From: Fibrobacteria bacterium
GTDB taxonomy: Bacteria > Fibrobacterota > Fibrobacteria > UBA11236 > JADFYW01
Length of the DNA stretch: 64,000 nt
Assembly: GCA_050294405.1 (NCBI GenBank)
Contig: JBNKOC010000009.1
Location: 85,869 to 149,868 of the forward strand
Direction of reading: 5' to 3'
A model generated the notes under the pieces. It had not been told where the DNA came from, ran no database searches, and saw only the letters and a list, made by a program, of their open reading frames with translations. Position 1 is the first letter of the stretch, and every line of letters begins with the position of its first letter. This document shows, one piece after another, positions 1 to 10,106 of the stretch. The position numbers and the translations under genes are program-made.

Positions 1-315
1 CAAAAGACCATTGAATCCGCCTGCGGTAAAAGTCAATATTACAGATAAAGCCTGCAAAGTAAAGGCCGCCATCATGGATTTTTTGTAACCCACTTTATCT
101 ACGATGAAACTGAAAAGAATCATCATAACTGCAATGGGCCATAAACCTGCGCCTAACAACGTTCCAACCTCAGTTTCTAAAACGTTTAGCTCGGCCTGCC
201 ACAATGCTGGTGCCATGGCCCGGAATACAAAGCCAACACCTGCGGCGGTAAGCGAAAGAAAGCTAGCCCAAAAAAGGGTCTTTTTTTCGCCTTCGGTCAA
301 ATCTATTGAAACCAT
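1..315 (-). CDS. MFS transporter, N-terminal part (runs off the window start)
   Basis: Not in the ORF track. Manual translation from ATG at 315 gives MVSIDLTEGEKKTLFWASFLSLTAAGVGFVFRAM...LWPIAVMMILFSFIVDKVGYKKSM, with hydrophobic helices and an MFS motif-A-like DKVGYK. AGGAG RBS upstream. Confidence 0.8.
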   Translation of the reverse strand, partial: MVSIDLTEGEKKTLFWASFLSLTAAGVGFVFRAMAPALWQAELNVLETEVGTLLGAGLWPIAVMMILFSFIVDKVGYKKSMMAAFTLQALSVILTFTAGGFNGLL

Positions 316-668
316 TCGTTAACTCCTTGTTCTGTTTAAATACCTATCTATTGTGGAATGGGTTTTTACAAACCCATAAAAAATTCTTTTAACGGCAAAT
401 AATATTAGAAAAAAAAAATCGGAAGCAATGGCATTAGGTCAAGAAAAATTCACAGCTATTCCACTGCTATGCTTTTCTGAGCATTTTTGCCAGATTTCTG
501 ACGATTTTATGAATAAATCCATGAAGATTTATGCCAAAGCCAATTACTGAAGGTCAAAATTAATTTTGTGGGCTAACTTATATGGAGCGGGGTTTTCCAA
601 AAATTTGAAATATTAAGTAAAATTTATTGCCAAACAAAGGACCGAAAAAGGAGTGGAGCTGATATTTT

Positions 669-1514
669 ATGCTCAATGTCTTCGAATACACTAATTACAG
701 AAAATTTCTTTTGGATTTTTATCATGAACAAAAATCCAAAAATGAAAGTTTTTCTTATCAAATTATGGCCAACAAGGCGGGTTTTCGATCCAAAAGTTTT
801 ATCAAATTAGTTATTGATGGAAAAAAAAATCTCACCCGGGAATCGGCACTTAAAATTAACTCAGTTATAAAGCTCAATGAAAAAGCGTTTTCTTATTTTG
901 AAGATTTAATTGCATTTAATCAGGCCAAAACCCTTAAGCTTAGAAATCTTTTTTTTGAAAAATTATCTGGCTACAACCCCAGAAATCCGGCGAGGTTAGT
1001 GCTGCAATACGAGTATGAATTTTACTCCAAATGGTACCATAATACGATTCGGGAAATTGTTACAGCAATTCAATTCAAGGAGGATTACTCTTGGTTGGCC
1101 CGGCAGCTCAATCCACCAATTTCCCCTAAGCAAGCAAAAGAGTCTGTCCAGTTGTTGCTTAAGTTGAATCTGATTCAAAAAGACGAAAATGGATATCAGC
1201 TAACAGATAAAATATTAACCACAGGGGATGAAGTTAAAAGCTTGGCTGTTTCTAATTTTCATTTTCAGAATTTAAATCTGGCTGCGAAATCCATTGAGTC
1301 AACCTCCTCAGGAGAAAGAGATATCTCTTGCTTGGTGGCCGGGTTATCCCTGGAAAATTTTCATGTTGTAAAAGAAGAAATTCAAAAATTTCGGAAGAGA
1401 ATTTTGGAAATAGCCCAGCAAGAAGAAAATGTGAATAGGGTTTACCACATAAACTTTCAATTTTTTCCCAGTTCGGAAAAGTTGTTGGGTTCGCAAGAGA
1501 AGGATGAGTTATGA
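669..1514 (+). CDS. TIGR02147 family protein (HTH + DUF4423), putative regulator
   Basis: Starts 'FEYTNYRKFLLDFY...FSY..MA.KAGF.S'; internal 'FYSKWYHNTIRE'; ends 'VYHINFQFFP'. 281 aa is typical of this Fibrobacterota/Bdellovibrionota family. Confidence 0.85.
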   Translation: MLNVFEYTNYRKFLLDFYHEQKSKNESFSYQIMANKAGFRSKSFIKLVIDGKKNLTRESALKINSVIKLNEKAFSYFEDLIAFNQAKTLKLRNLFFEKLSGYNPRNPARLVLQYEYEFYSKWYHNTIREIVTAIQFKEDYSWLARQLNPPISPKQAKESVQLLLKLNLIQKDENGYQLTDKILTTGDEVKSLAVSNFHFQNLNLAAKSIESTSSGERDISCLVAGLSLENFHVVKEEIQKFRKRILEIAQQEENVNRVYHINFQFFPSSEKLLGSQEKDEL

Positions 1515-4168
1515 TAGTTCGACTCCTCCTTATTTTGATTTTGCTGTCCGCTACGTTTTGGAATTGTTCTAATGAGTCTCTTGCAGGGGGATCGGAAATC
1601 GGAAATCCGGAAACCACCATTATAGCTGGCATGGTTTTCGAAGAGGATGGCAGCACACCAGCCAGTGGAGCGCTGGTCAAATTGCGGCCTCAAAATTATT
1701 TGGCAGATACATCTCAGATAAATCGCCAAAGTATAAGTGGACAGGGCAAGGATACTATCGCAAATTCTAATGGGGAATTTTTCATAACCAATTTGGACAC
1801 CGGTAAATATTACCTTGAAATTCAAGGCCAAGCCAGCCAGGGAATTTTTACTGCGGTTTATATATCTGAAATCGTAGATACCTTGTTTCTCGGGGAACAT
1901 TTTTTAAAGAAAACGGGGTCTATTACAGGGGCCGTGGAAAACAGCTTTGAAGGGAATCAAGCTGCTTATGTGCAAATTTATGGTATGGATAAGGTGGCGC
2001 CGGTAGACCCTGTGACTCAGCAGTACGAAATTCACGAAATTCCCGAGGGGGATTTTACTTTAAAAATACTAAGCAGTGCTCCTAATATAAGTCCGGTGGA
2101 AGTGAAGGCCTCCACAGTTTCCAACGATACCCTGAAATTAAGCGCTGTTACTCTAAGGCCCTTTTATAGCGATTGGAAAGAACAGGAAAAATTTTATTTA
2201 AACACATCTATTACAGGTGCTAACATCTACTCTGATGTTTATGGCTTTCCTCTCTTGTTAAGGCTCTCAGAAGACAATGTGGATTTTGATAACATCCGGC
2301 CCGAGGAAATCCGCATGGCTAATCATAAGGGACAGCCCCTGGTATTCGAAATAGAAAGTTGGGATGCACAAAATAAAACAGCCCAACTTTGGGTGCTTTT
2401 AGATACGGTTTTTGCGCAAAGTACTAAGCAATACATTTCTCTTTTGTGGGGCAATTCAGAGGCGGTTTTTCCAGAATTTGAAGAATCCGTATTTAGCCTT
2501 AAAAATGGGTTTTCAGCGGTTTGGCATTTTGAGAAGAGGGCGTTTGAGAATGAGGCGAACATAAAAGACTGGAGTGGAAATAATAACCACGGAGTATCGA
2601 AAGGGCAGTGGTCAGATGCGAATTACGAGGAGGGTGTCTCGGGGGCATCGATTTTTTTGGATGGGGTAGATGATTATATAAGTTTTGCCAATACAGAAAA
2701 TATTCCTATACATAACGACAGTTACACATTATCCGGATGGATTCAGGTGAGGGATATGGGTGTATACAGCATGTTAGGCTGGGGTGAGTATACTGTTAAA
2801 AAAAGCAATGCCTTTAGAGTGGCCCCGGATTTCGGCGGAGGCTTGCGAAATTACTGGTATGCCCATGATTTAACCGTTGAAACCGGGGACATATCCGGGC
2901 AATGGCGCCATGTGGTGGCTTTATATGATGGAATTAAGAGAAAAATATATATGGATGGAATGTTAATGGGAGAAGATGTTCCGGATGGCCATGATGTTCC
3001 TTATTCTCATAATTTGACTATAGGGACGGCATGTTGTGACGAGTTTTTTACAGGTAAAATGGACGAGCTGAGAATAAGCAAAGCCCCTCGATCTGAGAGT
3101 TGGATAAAATTGAGTTACCAAAACCAGAAACCCGGCCAAACCCTGCTGGAAAAAGGCTTGGAAGAATGGGAGCATTCGGCTTCACTTGTTTTATCTTTAG
3201 ACAGCTTGGACTTATCTCAGGATGTTAATGGCTATCCTTTATTGCTAAAACTTCATTCAGGGAATTTTAACTTCGATGAAACACAAGTGGATGGTTCGGA
3301 TTTGCGTTTTACAGATGTTAGTGGTATTCGTCTGTCCCACGAAATAGAATATTGGGATAAAACGGGCGAACAGGGGGTTGTCTGGATTTTATACGATAGT
3401 ATTTCAGCGGATTTGGATAGCCTAAAACTGCGAATGTATTGGGGCAATAACATGGCAGGAATCTCGCAAAACCCAGGTCAGGTATTCAAAAATGAGTTAG
3501 GCTTTGCGGGCGTTTGGCATTTGTCCGAGGAGGCGCAGGGTAGGGGGACGTCTAATGTTTATAGAAATTTTGTTGAAGATTTGGGCCACGGCGCGGATAG
3601 CATTTCTAGCAGCAGAAAAACAGGATGGATTGGAAGAGCGGCTCATTTTGTGGAGGGTGATTATATTCCCATATCAAAATCCCCCCTCTCCTTTTATCAA
3701 AAAGATAATATCAGTATTTCCACTTGGGTGAAATTAGACAGTTTGGATTTGGGAGGCGGTTTGATTTTTACTATGGGAGATAATTATGGGCTGCGATTTA
3801 CCCAAACTGGGGTGACCTTCTGGACTCATCAACTCCAGTCGGATAGTTCCGTTTTCCAGGACAGGGAGGTAGACTGGAATTTTTTGGGCGGCAGCTGGCA
3901 TCATCTGGTGGCTACTTTTAACACGGACAGCAGTTTTATTTTTATTGATGGGAGTCGAATAGGGAGCTTTGGCTCTAGCCAACCCATACAATTTTCCCGC
4001 TATAGCTATAGCTTGATTGGAAGGCACATACCTGAGAGGCAGGGGCTTTTCCAATTTTATGGAAGTTTAGATGAATTGAGATTATACTCTAAAGTGTTAT
4101 CTGGGGATTGGATTGCGTTGGATTTTTTCCTTCAATCAGGGGATAAATGGACTATCAAAAAGAAATAG
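1511..4168 (+). CDS. Lipoprotein with carboxypeptidase-regulatory-like domain and two DUF2341 + LamG-like modules
   Basis: Signal peptide ending in Cys (TFWN-C), AGGSEIGNP motif, two 'PLLL.L...F.F...D.R..D/N..G..L..EIE.WD' segments, each followed by LamG 'W.HVVA...DELRI/L'. ATGA overlap with the upstream gene. Confidence 0.8.
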   Translation: MIVRLLLILILLSATFWNCSNESLAGGSEIGNPETTIIAGMVFEEDGSTPASGALVKLRPQNYLADTSQINRQSISGQGKDTIANSNGEFFITNLDTGKYYLEIQGQASQGIFTAVYISEIVDTLFLGEHFLKKTGSITGAVENSFEGNQAAYVQIYGMDKVAPVDPVTQQYEIHEIPEGDFTLKILSSAPNISPVEVKASTVSNDTLKLSAVTLRPFYSDWKEQEKFYLNTSITGANIYSDVYGFPLLLRLSEDNVDFDNIRPEEIRMANHKGQPLVFEIESWDAQNKTAQLWVLLDTVFAQSTKQYISLLWGNSEAVFPEFEESVFSLKNGFSAVWHFEKRAFENEANIKDWSGNNNHGVSKGQWSDANYEEGVSGASIFLDGVDDYISFANTENIPIHNDSYTLSGWIQVRDMGVYSMLGWGEYTVKKSNAFRVAPDFGGGLRNYWYAHDLTVETGDISGQWRHVVALYDGIKRKIYMDGMLMGEDVPDGHDVPYSHNLTIGTACCDEFFTGKMDELRISKAPRSESWIKLSYQNQKPGQTLLEKGLEEWEHSASLVLSLDSLDLSQDVNGYPLLLKLHSGNFNFDETQVDGSDLRFTDVSGIRLSHEIEYWDKTGEQGVVWILYDSISADLDSLKLRMYWGNNMAGISQNPGQVFKNELGFAGVWHLSEEAQGRGTSNVYRNFVEDLGHGADSISSSRKTGWIGRAAHFVEGDYIPISKSPLSFYQKDNISISTWVKLDSLDLGGGLIFTMGDNYGLRFTQTGVTFWTHQLQSDSSVFQDREVDWNFLGGSWHHLVATFNTDSSFIFIDGSRIGSFGSSQPIQFSRYSYSLIGRHIPERQGLFQFYGSLDELRLYSKVLSGDWIALDFFLQSGDKWTIKKK

Positions 4169-4385
4169 TACGAATCTTTATTTTTATATGAATATATCCG
4201 CATAAATTGCTTTGCTATTGCATGGCTTGGAGGAGATAAATTACCTTGGATTTTCACAATTTTGAATTTTTAATCCGTTTTCTAAATAGAAAACGATTTC
4301 TGCAAAAAGGCATAAGGATTATTTTAATTTTCTGCCTATATTTAAATTACCTGGGCGTTATTCCTTTTAGGAGGGGGTTATTTTT

Positions 4386-6224
4386 ATGAGGTTAGCTGGT
4401 TTAATAGGTATTTTAGGAATCATAGGTGCCGGTTCCGTAATAGGGGATGACAGGGTTCCCGGAGATGGATGGAGTGTGAATGCGCCAGCTCATCCGGATT
4501 ATCTCTTGCAAGATATAAAACCTTCTGGGTGGAATGTTAGGGTTGGGGGAATGGATTTTCTTTCTGATGGAAGAATGGTTATTTCTGATTGGGGCGCCGA
4601 CATGGCTGAGACGGGAAAACTGCTCATCTTAAGTAATGTTACTTCTGGAAATGGAAATCAAGTTCAGGCGAAAGAAATTGTGACTCAGCTTAAAGAGCCC
4701 TTGGGTATTAAAGTCGTAAACGATGAAATTTATTTTCTATCCAAAAAAAGATTGGGAAAAGTGACTAATTATGATTCCAATAATCCTACTGTTGAAACCG
4801 TTGTGGAGGGTTGGGATTATCCTACAGATGGGGATAGAGGAAGTTGTGGTTGCGAAAGATGGCATCTTTTTGCTTTCGGTCTTGTACATAAGGTGGAAGA
4901 CGGCAAAGATTATTTTTATGGAACACTAGGAGGCGAGTATCCACCAAGCGGCACCCAGGGAGGCGATAGAGGAAGCCTTATTAAAATGGATCCTGAAAAT
5001 GGCAGTTTTGAAGTTATCGCTGGTGGTCTTAGAACTCCCAACGGAGTTGAAATTGGTCCTGATGGAGAAATCTTTCAGGCAGAAAACCAAGGCCACTGGG
5101 TTCCAGCGGACAAGCTAAACGTCTTACGTCAGGGCGGGTTTTACGGGATGCAAAATGATCGCAGTAATCCTTTTCATCGTTCCGCGAACCAGCAGGATCC
5201 CCCAGCTATTTGGATTCCCTATCCTGAAGTGGGTAAGTCCAATGGAGAGCCTCTATACATTAGAGATGGCATTTTTAAAGGGCAAATGTTTATTACAGAT
5301 GTATCCTTTGGAGGCTTGCAAAGAATCTTTTTGGAAAGAGTTAATGGAATGTATCAGGGAGCTATTTTCCACCATAGCGGAGGATTTGAGGCGGGTACTA
5401 ATCGAATCGAATACGGTCCCGATAGCGCCATATATGTAGGTCAAATTGGCAGTAACTCAAACTGGCATTGGAACAATAGGCAATATGGACTACAGCGAAT
5501 GTCCTGGAAGGGTACTGTGACTTTTGAGATGCTGGCTATCCGCTCCATTTCCAACAATGAATTTGAAATCGAGTTTACCGGTGAGGTGGGCAACAGCGCT
5601 TCCAATTTGGCAAATTATGATTTGGAAAGATTCAGCTATGTTCCTGAAGAAACCTACGGCGGAGGAAAACAGCCTAATGAAAATGTTGTGGTAGAAGCGG
5701 TTACTGTTTCCGAAGATAAGAAAAAAGTGACCTTAAGAGTAAACAATATTCCAAAGGAGTTTTTGGGCACGGTGGTTTATTTTAACATTAGAGGGGTGAC
5801 TTCTGCTGATGGCAAAACTCCGCTCAATGATGAAGCTTGGTACACTTTACACGACTACGGTCCTGCCGAAAAAGGCGGCTGTACGGATCCTGCCTACGAA
5901 GAATATTCTGCGGACAATGTATATGATGATGGAATAAGCTGTTTAACAGAAACAGTGTCCATTAAAAAAGAGCAAAACATTTTGGCCCGGGAGTTTAGGG
6001 ATATGGGGATGTTTTCCGGGGCCGATGGAAAACTGTGGATTTATAATCCATTGTCCCAGGAAACAAAATTGGAAGTTTTTAATATGAGAGGTCGTAAAGT
6101 TCTTGAAATGGTACTAAACAGCAAGGAAAAGAGCTTTATTGACCTGCAAATGGAAAGAGGCTTATATCAATTTAAATTCAAATCAGGTCCATTTGAATTT
6201 ACACAGCCTTGGGTTAAGTATTAA
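4386..6224 (+). CDS. Secreted beta-propeller protein (glucose/sorbosone dehydrogenase-like) with T9SS-like C-terminal domain
   Basis: Signal peptide; 'GLRTPNG', 'ENQGHWVPA', 'GQMFITDV' motifs; GCTDP-Y-EY motif; C-terminal 'VFNMRGRKV...GLYQFKF'. Confidence 0.6.
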   Translation: MRLAGLIGILGIIGAGSVIGDDRVPGDGWSVNAPAHPDYLLQDIKPSGWNVRVGGMDFLSDGRMVISDWGADMAETGKLLILSNVTSGNGNQVQAKEIVTQLKEPLGIKVVNDEIYFLSKKRLGKVTNYDSNNPTVETVVEGWDYPTDGDRGSCGCERWHLFAFGLVHKVEDGKDYFYGTLGGEYPPSGTQGGDRGSLIKMDPENGSFEVIAGGLRTPNGVEIGPDGEIFQAENQGHWVPADKLNVLRQGGFYGMQNDRSNPFHRSANQQDPPAIWIPYPEVGKSNGEPLYIRDGIFKGQMFITDVSFGGLQRIFLERVNGMYQGAIFHHSGGFEAGTNRIEYGPDSAIYVGQIGSNSNWHWNNRQYGLQRMSWKGTVTFEMLAIRSISNNEFEIEFTGEVGNSASNLANYDLERFSYVPEETYGGGKQPNENVVVEAVTVSEDKKKVTLRVNNIPKEFLGTVVYFNIRGVTSADGKTPLNDEAWYTLHDYGPAEKGGCTDPAYEEYSADNVYDDGISCLTETVSIKKEQNILAREFRDMGMFSGADGKLWIYNPLSQETKLEVFNMRGRKVLEMVLNSKEKSFIDLQMERGLYQFKFKSGPFEFTQPWVKY

Positions 6225-6392
6225 TTGAATTGTAGTTTATGGGGTTTGGAAAAAAATAATTTCTGTTGTAAATATAAACCTGGATACATCAATATATTCA
6301 GGTTTAATTTAGGACCTACCAAAGAACCGATGGTATTTGAAATTGATTTAGGTTTCCACAATTTTTGACAAATAGTTTTGAAAGGCAGTTTT

Positions 6393-7961
6393 ATGAAATT
6401 TAACAAACTTGGGAGTATTATTTTTTTGGGGGCTTTGCTGGCTTGTTCCTCTATAATGGCCAATTCAGAGGATGAGCCGACCATTAATCTGCAACCCCTG
6501 TCTGGCGGGGGCTTTTTTGAATACGGAAATGCCTATAAGACCCTCCGGAACGGCTCCGAAGACACCGACTACATCACCCTGCACAACACTGTAGCCTGGT
6601 TTACTCAAAAGGCTACCATTAATGACCGGCTGAAAGTCGCCTTTGGAGTAGGGGGTACCTTCTTTTATAAATACCCCACTACCAGTTCTTCAGCTGAAAC
6701 CTATTTCAGAACTTCGGCTGTGGGTATTTCACAGGCCATGGTGCAATACGGTTTTGGAGATATAGAAGATCCATGGCTGAATCTCACAGTGGGATATTTT
6801 CCATTTAAATACAATTCAAACACCAAAAATTTCGGAGAATATTTATTTCGGGCTAAAGCCTACCCCAGTCAGTTGGTAAACGGAAGCTGGCATTTTGTGA
6901 ACAACGCTTTTGCCGAGGCTTCGGGATTCCGATTGAATTTTCCAATGATGGATAAAAAGTTAAATCTAGACCTGTTCCTCACCAACACCATTGATGTTTA
7001 CCCGCTGTATGATATTTCTATTGCAGGGCTGGTCTCTTATAAAATGGAAAATGAGTTATTCGAAATAGGTGCCGGAGTTAACTTTGATAGAATTATTCCC
7101 GCCAGAAATTCTCTGACTCAACCCAAACAGCGCAATAACTCCTATTTTAACCACAGCCGCTTCCCCGGTAAAACTCTTACAGGAAATACTGAATATTATT
7201 CAGGGGCCGAAACCTATTACGGCAGTCAGATTTCTGCCCTTGACGAAGACGATCCTGCCATGGCACCTGAAATTGCCAGGTTGGAGGCTCTCCAATCAGC
7301 TTACTCGGACACTCTGGATTACTTGCTAGATACCTTATATGTGGCATTTGACATTCAGGAAAAAGCCGCAAATGGAATTCCTAATGACGAATCAAGATTT
7401 ACGAATGCAGAGGTAGCCAGCATTACGGGAGGATATACCAACGAAAAGTTCTATACCTTTCAGGCTATAAAGACCATGGCGTATTTCAGTTTTAACATTC
7501 AAAGTATTTTAGAACTCGACATTTTAGGAAAAGACGCTTTTAAAATCTATGGAGAAATTGCCGTCTTGGGCATTCAGGATTACCCCCTGTTATACGATGA
7601 TATCATGGAGCGAACACCTATGATGCTGGGCTTTCATTTTCCCACATTTAATTTACTGGATAATTTTGGGGTGGAAGTGGAGTACCTTCCGAACCCCTGG
7701 TTAAATTCCTCTGAAAAAGTTTTACAGAGCAAGATCCCCTTTCCCAAAATTGGCGAGGCCCGGGTCAACCCCTGGGATGAAGATGATTTTAGATGGATTA
7801 TTTTTGCGCAAAAAACCATATTCCCCCGCGTAACGGCTGGGTTTCAGGCAGGCAAAGACCATCTGCGGCCTATCGAAGGAAACTTTGCACCCTCTCAGGC
7901 ATCCATTTTACAGCTACCGGGAGCCTGGTACTATGCTTTGAGGTTGCAAGTTAGCATTTAA
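6393..7961 (+). CDS. Hypothetical exported protein, probable outer-membrane beta-barrel
   Basis: Signal peptide from ATG 6393, many amphipathic aromatic-rich strands, C-terminus WYYALRLQVSI. Confidence 0.55.
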   Translation: MKFNKLGSIIFLGALLACSSIMANSEDEPTINLQPLSGGGFFEYGNAYKTLRNGSEDTDYITLHNTVAWFTQKATINDRLKVAFGVGGTFFYKYPTTSSSAETYFRTSAVGISQAMVQYGFGDIEDPWLNLTVGYFPFKYNSNTKNFGEYLFRAKAYPSQLVNGSWHFVNNAFAEASGFRLNFPMMDKKLNLDLFLTNTIDVYPLYDISIAGLVSYKMENELFEIGAGVNFDRIIPARNSLTQPKQRNNSYFNHSRFPGKTLTGNTEYYSGAETYYGSQISALDEDDPAMAPEIARLEALQSAYSDTLDYLLDTLYVAFDIQEKAANGIPNDESRFTNAEVASITGGYTNEKFYTFQAIKTMAYFSFNIQSILELDILGKDAFKIYGEIAVLGIQDYPLLYDDIMERTPMMLGFHFPTFNLLDNFGVEVEYLPNPWLNSSEKVLQSKIPFPKIGEARVNPWDEDDFRWIIFAQKTIFPRVTAGFQAGKDHLRPIEGNFAPSQASILQLPGAWYYALRLQVSI

Positions 7962-7986
7962 TTAAACGAAAATAGGAAGGTACGAT

Positions 7987-9231
7987 ATGAACAAAATAAT
8001 ATTAACCCTGGTTATGCTGATAGCCAATATCGATCTCGTGTTCAGCGAATGTGCAGATACCGGTAACCGAAAAGGGATGGGAAATATTGATTCTGCTTCC
8101 CTGGTGCTCGGCTTGGATCCTAATGCACCCGTCAATACCCTTACAGAAATGGAGGAAAAGCTTGGCTGGGAATTGTTATTCGATGGTACCTCAAGTAGCA
8201 TGCGAGACAACTGGAAAGGACATAAAAACCCTACCTTGGGTTCCGGCTGGCAAATCAATTCAGACGCGATGCATATGAGCACTCCTTCTGGGGATGCCGA
8301 AACCAAGGAATCCTGGACCAATTTTGTTCTTGCTACGGATTGGCGAATTTGGGAATGCGGGAATTCCGGTATTTTTGTACGGGGAGATCCCAATTATGGG
8401 AATTCAGCCTTTGGTACTACCATGGAATATCAAATTCTGGATAATACCTGTCACGGGGACCGTGCTGTGCAGCAAACCTGTGCTTCTGCGGTTTACGGAG
8501 TGATTCAACCCACTCGCGATGGCCAGCCTACTTCCCTCTATTGGGATGCATCTAACCCCGAATACGAAGACCAACCATTTGAAGGTAAAAAGGTCACAAA
8601 ATGGAACAAAACTTTTATCAAGTCCAATGGGGTCTTTCATGACACTTGGTTGAATGGAATCCGAGTGGGCAATTATGAAATAGGTAATGCTACCTGGGAT
8701 TCGATGAGAACTATCAGCCGAACCCAGTGGCTGGATGCAAGTGAGGCTAGAAATCCAGATTGGGGCGAAATCAGAAAAGGGGTAATTGTTTTTCAGGATC
8801 ATACGGATAAAAACTGGTATCGTAACGTCAAAATTAAACCTTTGCCTGAAGATGGATCAGCTACATTATGTGATTATTATCCAGGTTCTCCTGAATGTGA
8901 AGATTCTGAAAATCCAGTTCACCGGGAAAATTATTGCATGATTTACGAAAATACCGAAAATGCCTGTGCTGTAAATACAGTTCGTTATGAGATCACCAAT
9001 CGAGGAAATGCAATTGGAATAGGGGATTATAACATCAGGTTTGAAGGAACAGGGTATCACGAATTTGTATTGTATGATTTAAAGGGCAACGCTATTAAAT
9101 CCTTTTCTGGTAATGGTTCAAATACTCATTCTATTAACTCCATTAAGCAGGGGATATATTTCTTAAAAGGAAATTTTGTGGATAACAAGGGCCGTCAGCA
9201 AAGTGTTTCCCAACGGGTGGATATCTTTTAA
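7987..9231 (+). CDS. DUF1080 (3-keto-disaccharide hydrolase-like) protein with T9SS-like C-terminal domain
   Basis: 'GWELLFDG', 'NSGIFVRG', 'EYQILD', 'FQDH...WYRNVKIKPL'; C-terminal 'LYDLKGN...GIYFLKG'. Confidence 0.8.
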   Translation: MNKIILTLVMLIANIDLVFSECADTGNRKGMGNIDSASLVLGLDPNAPVNTLTEMEEKLGWELLFDGTSSSMRDNWKGHKNPTLGSGWQINSDAMHMSTPSGDAETKESWTNFVLATDWRIWECGNSGIFVRGDPNYGNSAFGTTMEYQILDNTCHGDRAVQQTCASAVYGVIQPTRDGQPTSLYWDASNPEYEDQPFEGKKVTKWNKTFIKSNGVFHDTWLNGIRVGNYEIGNATWDSMRTISRTQWLDASEARNPDWGEIRKGVIVFQDHTDKNWYRNVKIKPLPEDGSATLCDYYPGSPECEDSENPVHRENYCMIYENTENACAVNTVRYEITNRGNAIGIGDYNIRFEGTGYHEFVLYDLKGNAIKSFSGNGSNTHSINSIKQGIYFLKGNFVDNKGRQQSVSQRVDIF

Positions 9232-9255
9232 CTCCTAAAAGAAATTTTTAAAATT

Positions 9256-9287
9256 AAGGTTAAGTAATTTTTATTACTTAACCTTTT
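9256..9287. terminator. Probable bidirectional intrinsic terminator
   Basis: AAGGTTAAGTAAT-TTTT-ATTACTTAACCTT followed by a T tract, between convergent genes. Confidence 0.7.
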
Positions 9288-10106
9288 TTATTTTAAGATG
9301 TTATGTTTCCTGAAGAACGTTTCACTGGCCCTAAATGCTTCCTGATATTGATTGGCAAAAGGGTATAAGTCAGGGGTAAGATCACCCCCGTAGCCTATTT
9401 CGGTCAAAGCCAAAAAAATATCTTCAAAATTTATATCCCCATCTCCAAAGAGCAAATGTTGGTGGACCCTGTTTTTTATATCTTCAAAATGGATGTTAAG
9501 CAAATAAGGGAAAAGGGCTTTAAGGCTTTGAGGGATATCCTCACCCAGAACTTGGGAATGGCCAACATCAAAGGTTAAAAACAGCTCCCCCTCATAGCGC
9601 TGGCACAATTCGAGCATTTGAGGGGTGCTGTGGATAACATGCTCAGGTTCTTGCTCAAGAGTAAGTTTAATGGCGGGATTTAGCTTTTTTAAAATTTTAT
9701 CAATCCCAACATATAAATTCATCATGGCGCTCATTGGAATGTCGTCTTCTACCCGCAAACCTGTGGTGATGGTAAATTTATTAGGCAACAATCGGTTGGC
9801 AATTTCCACGCATTTTAAAACTATCTCCAATTTATCCTTAGATTCGGATTTGGCAGTGGCGGCTAATCCGGGAAAGTGAGCTGTTCCAGATCCCAAATGA
9901 GGGTGGCCCAAATGAATACTTCGAAGAAATAATTTTTTTTCTTTGATGTATGTTGCAATATCTTCCCAATAGGGATGGTCGTTATATCTCTCCAGCATTT
10001 TGGGAGTGATGACTAACTCCACGCCCGGGAAAATATTTTGCGGGTATAAGTCCAGCACCTTGTCCAAAGGCAGATCAGGAAGCGAGCCAGTGCTATAACA
10101 CAGCAT
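9288..10106 (-). CDS. Sugar phosphate isomerase/epimerase (xylose-isomerase-like TIM barrel)
   Basis: 'LEQEPE', 'FDVGHSQ', 'IHFEDI...HQHL.FGDG.INF' metal-binding motifs. Confidence 0.8.
   Translation of the reverse strand: MLCYSTGSLPDLPLDKVLDLYPQNIFPGVELVITPKMLERYNDHPYWEDIATYIKEKKLFLRSIHLGHPHLGSGTAHFPGLAATAKSESKDKLEIVLKCVEIANRLLPNKFTITTGLRVEDDIPMSAMMNLYVGIDKILKKLNPAIKLTLEQEPEHVIHSTPQMLELCQRYEGELFLTFDVGHSQVLGEDIPQSLKALFPYLLNIHFEDIKNRVHQHLLFGDGDINFEDIFLALTEIGYGGDLTPDLYPFANQYQEAFRASETFFRKHNILK

Noticed and set aside
104..322. 72-aa plus-strand ORF in the track
   Set aside because: Antisense shadow of the minus-strand MFS transporter gene, which has an RBS and family motifs.
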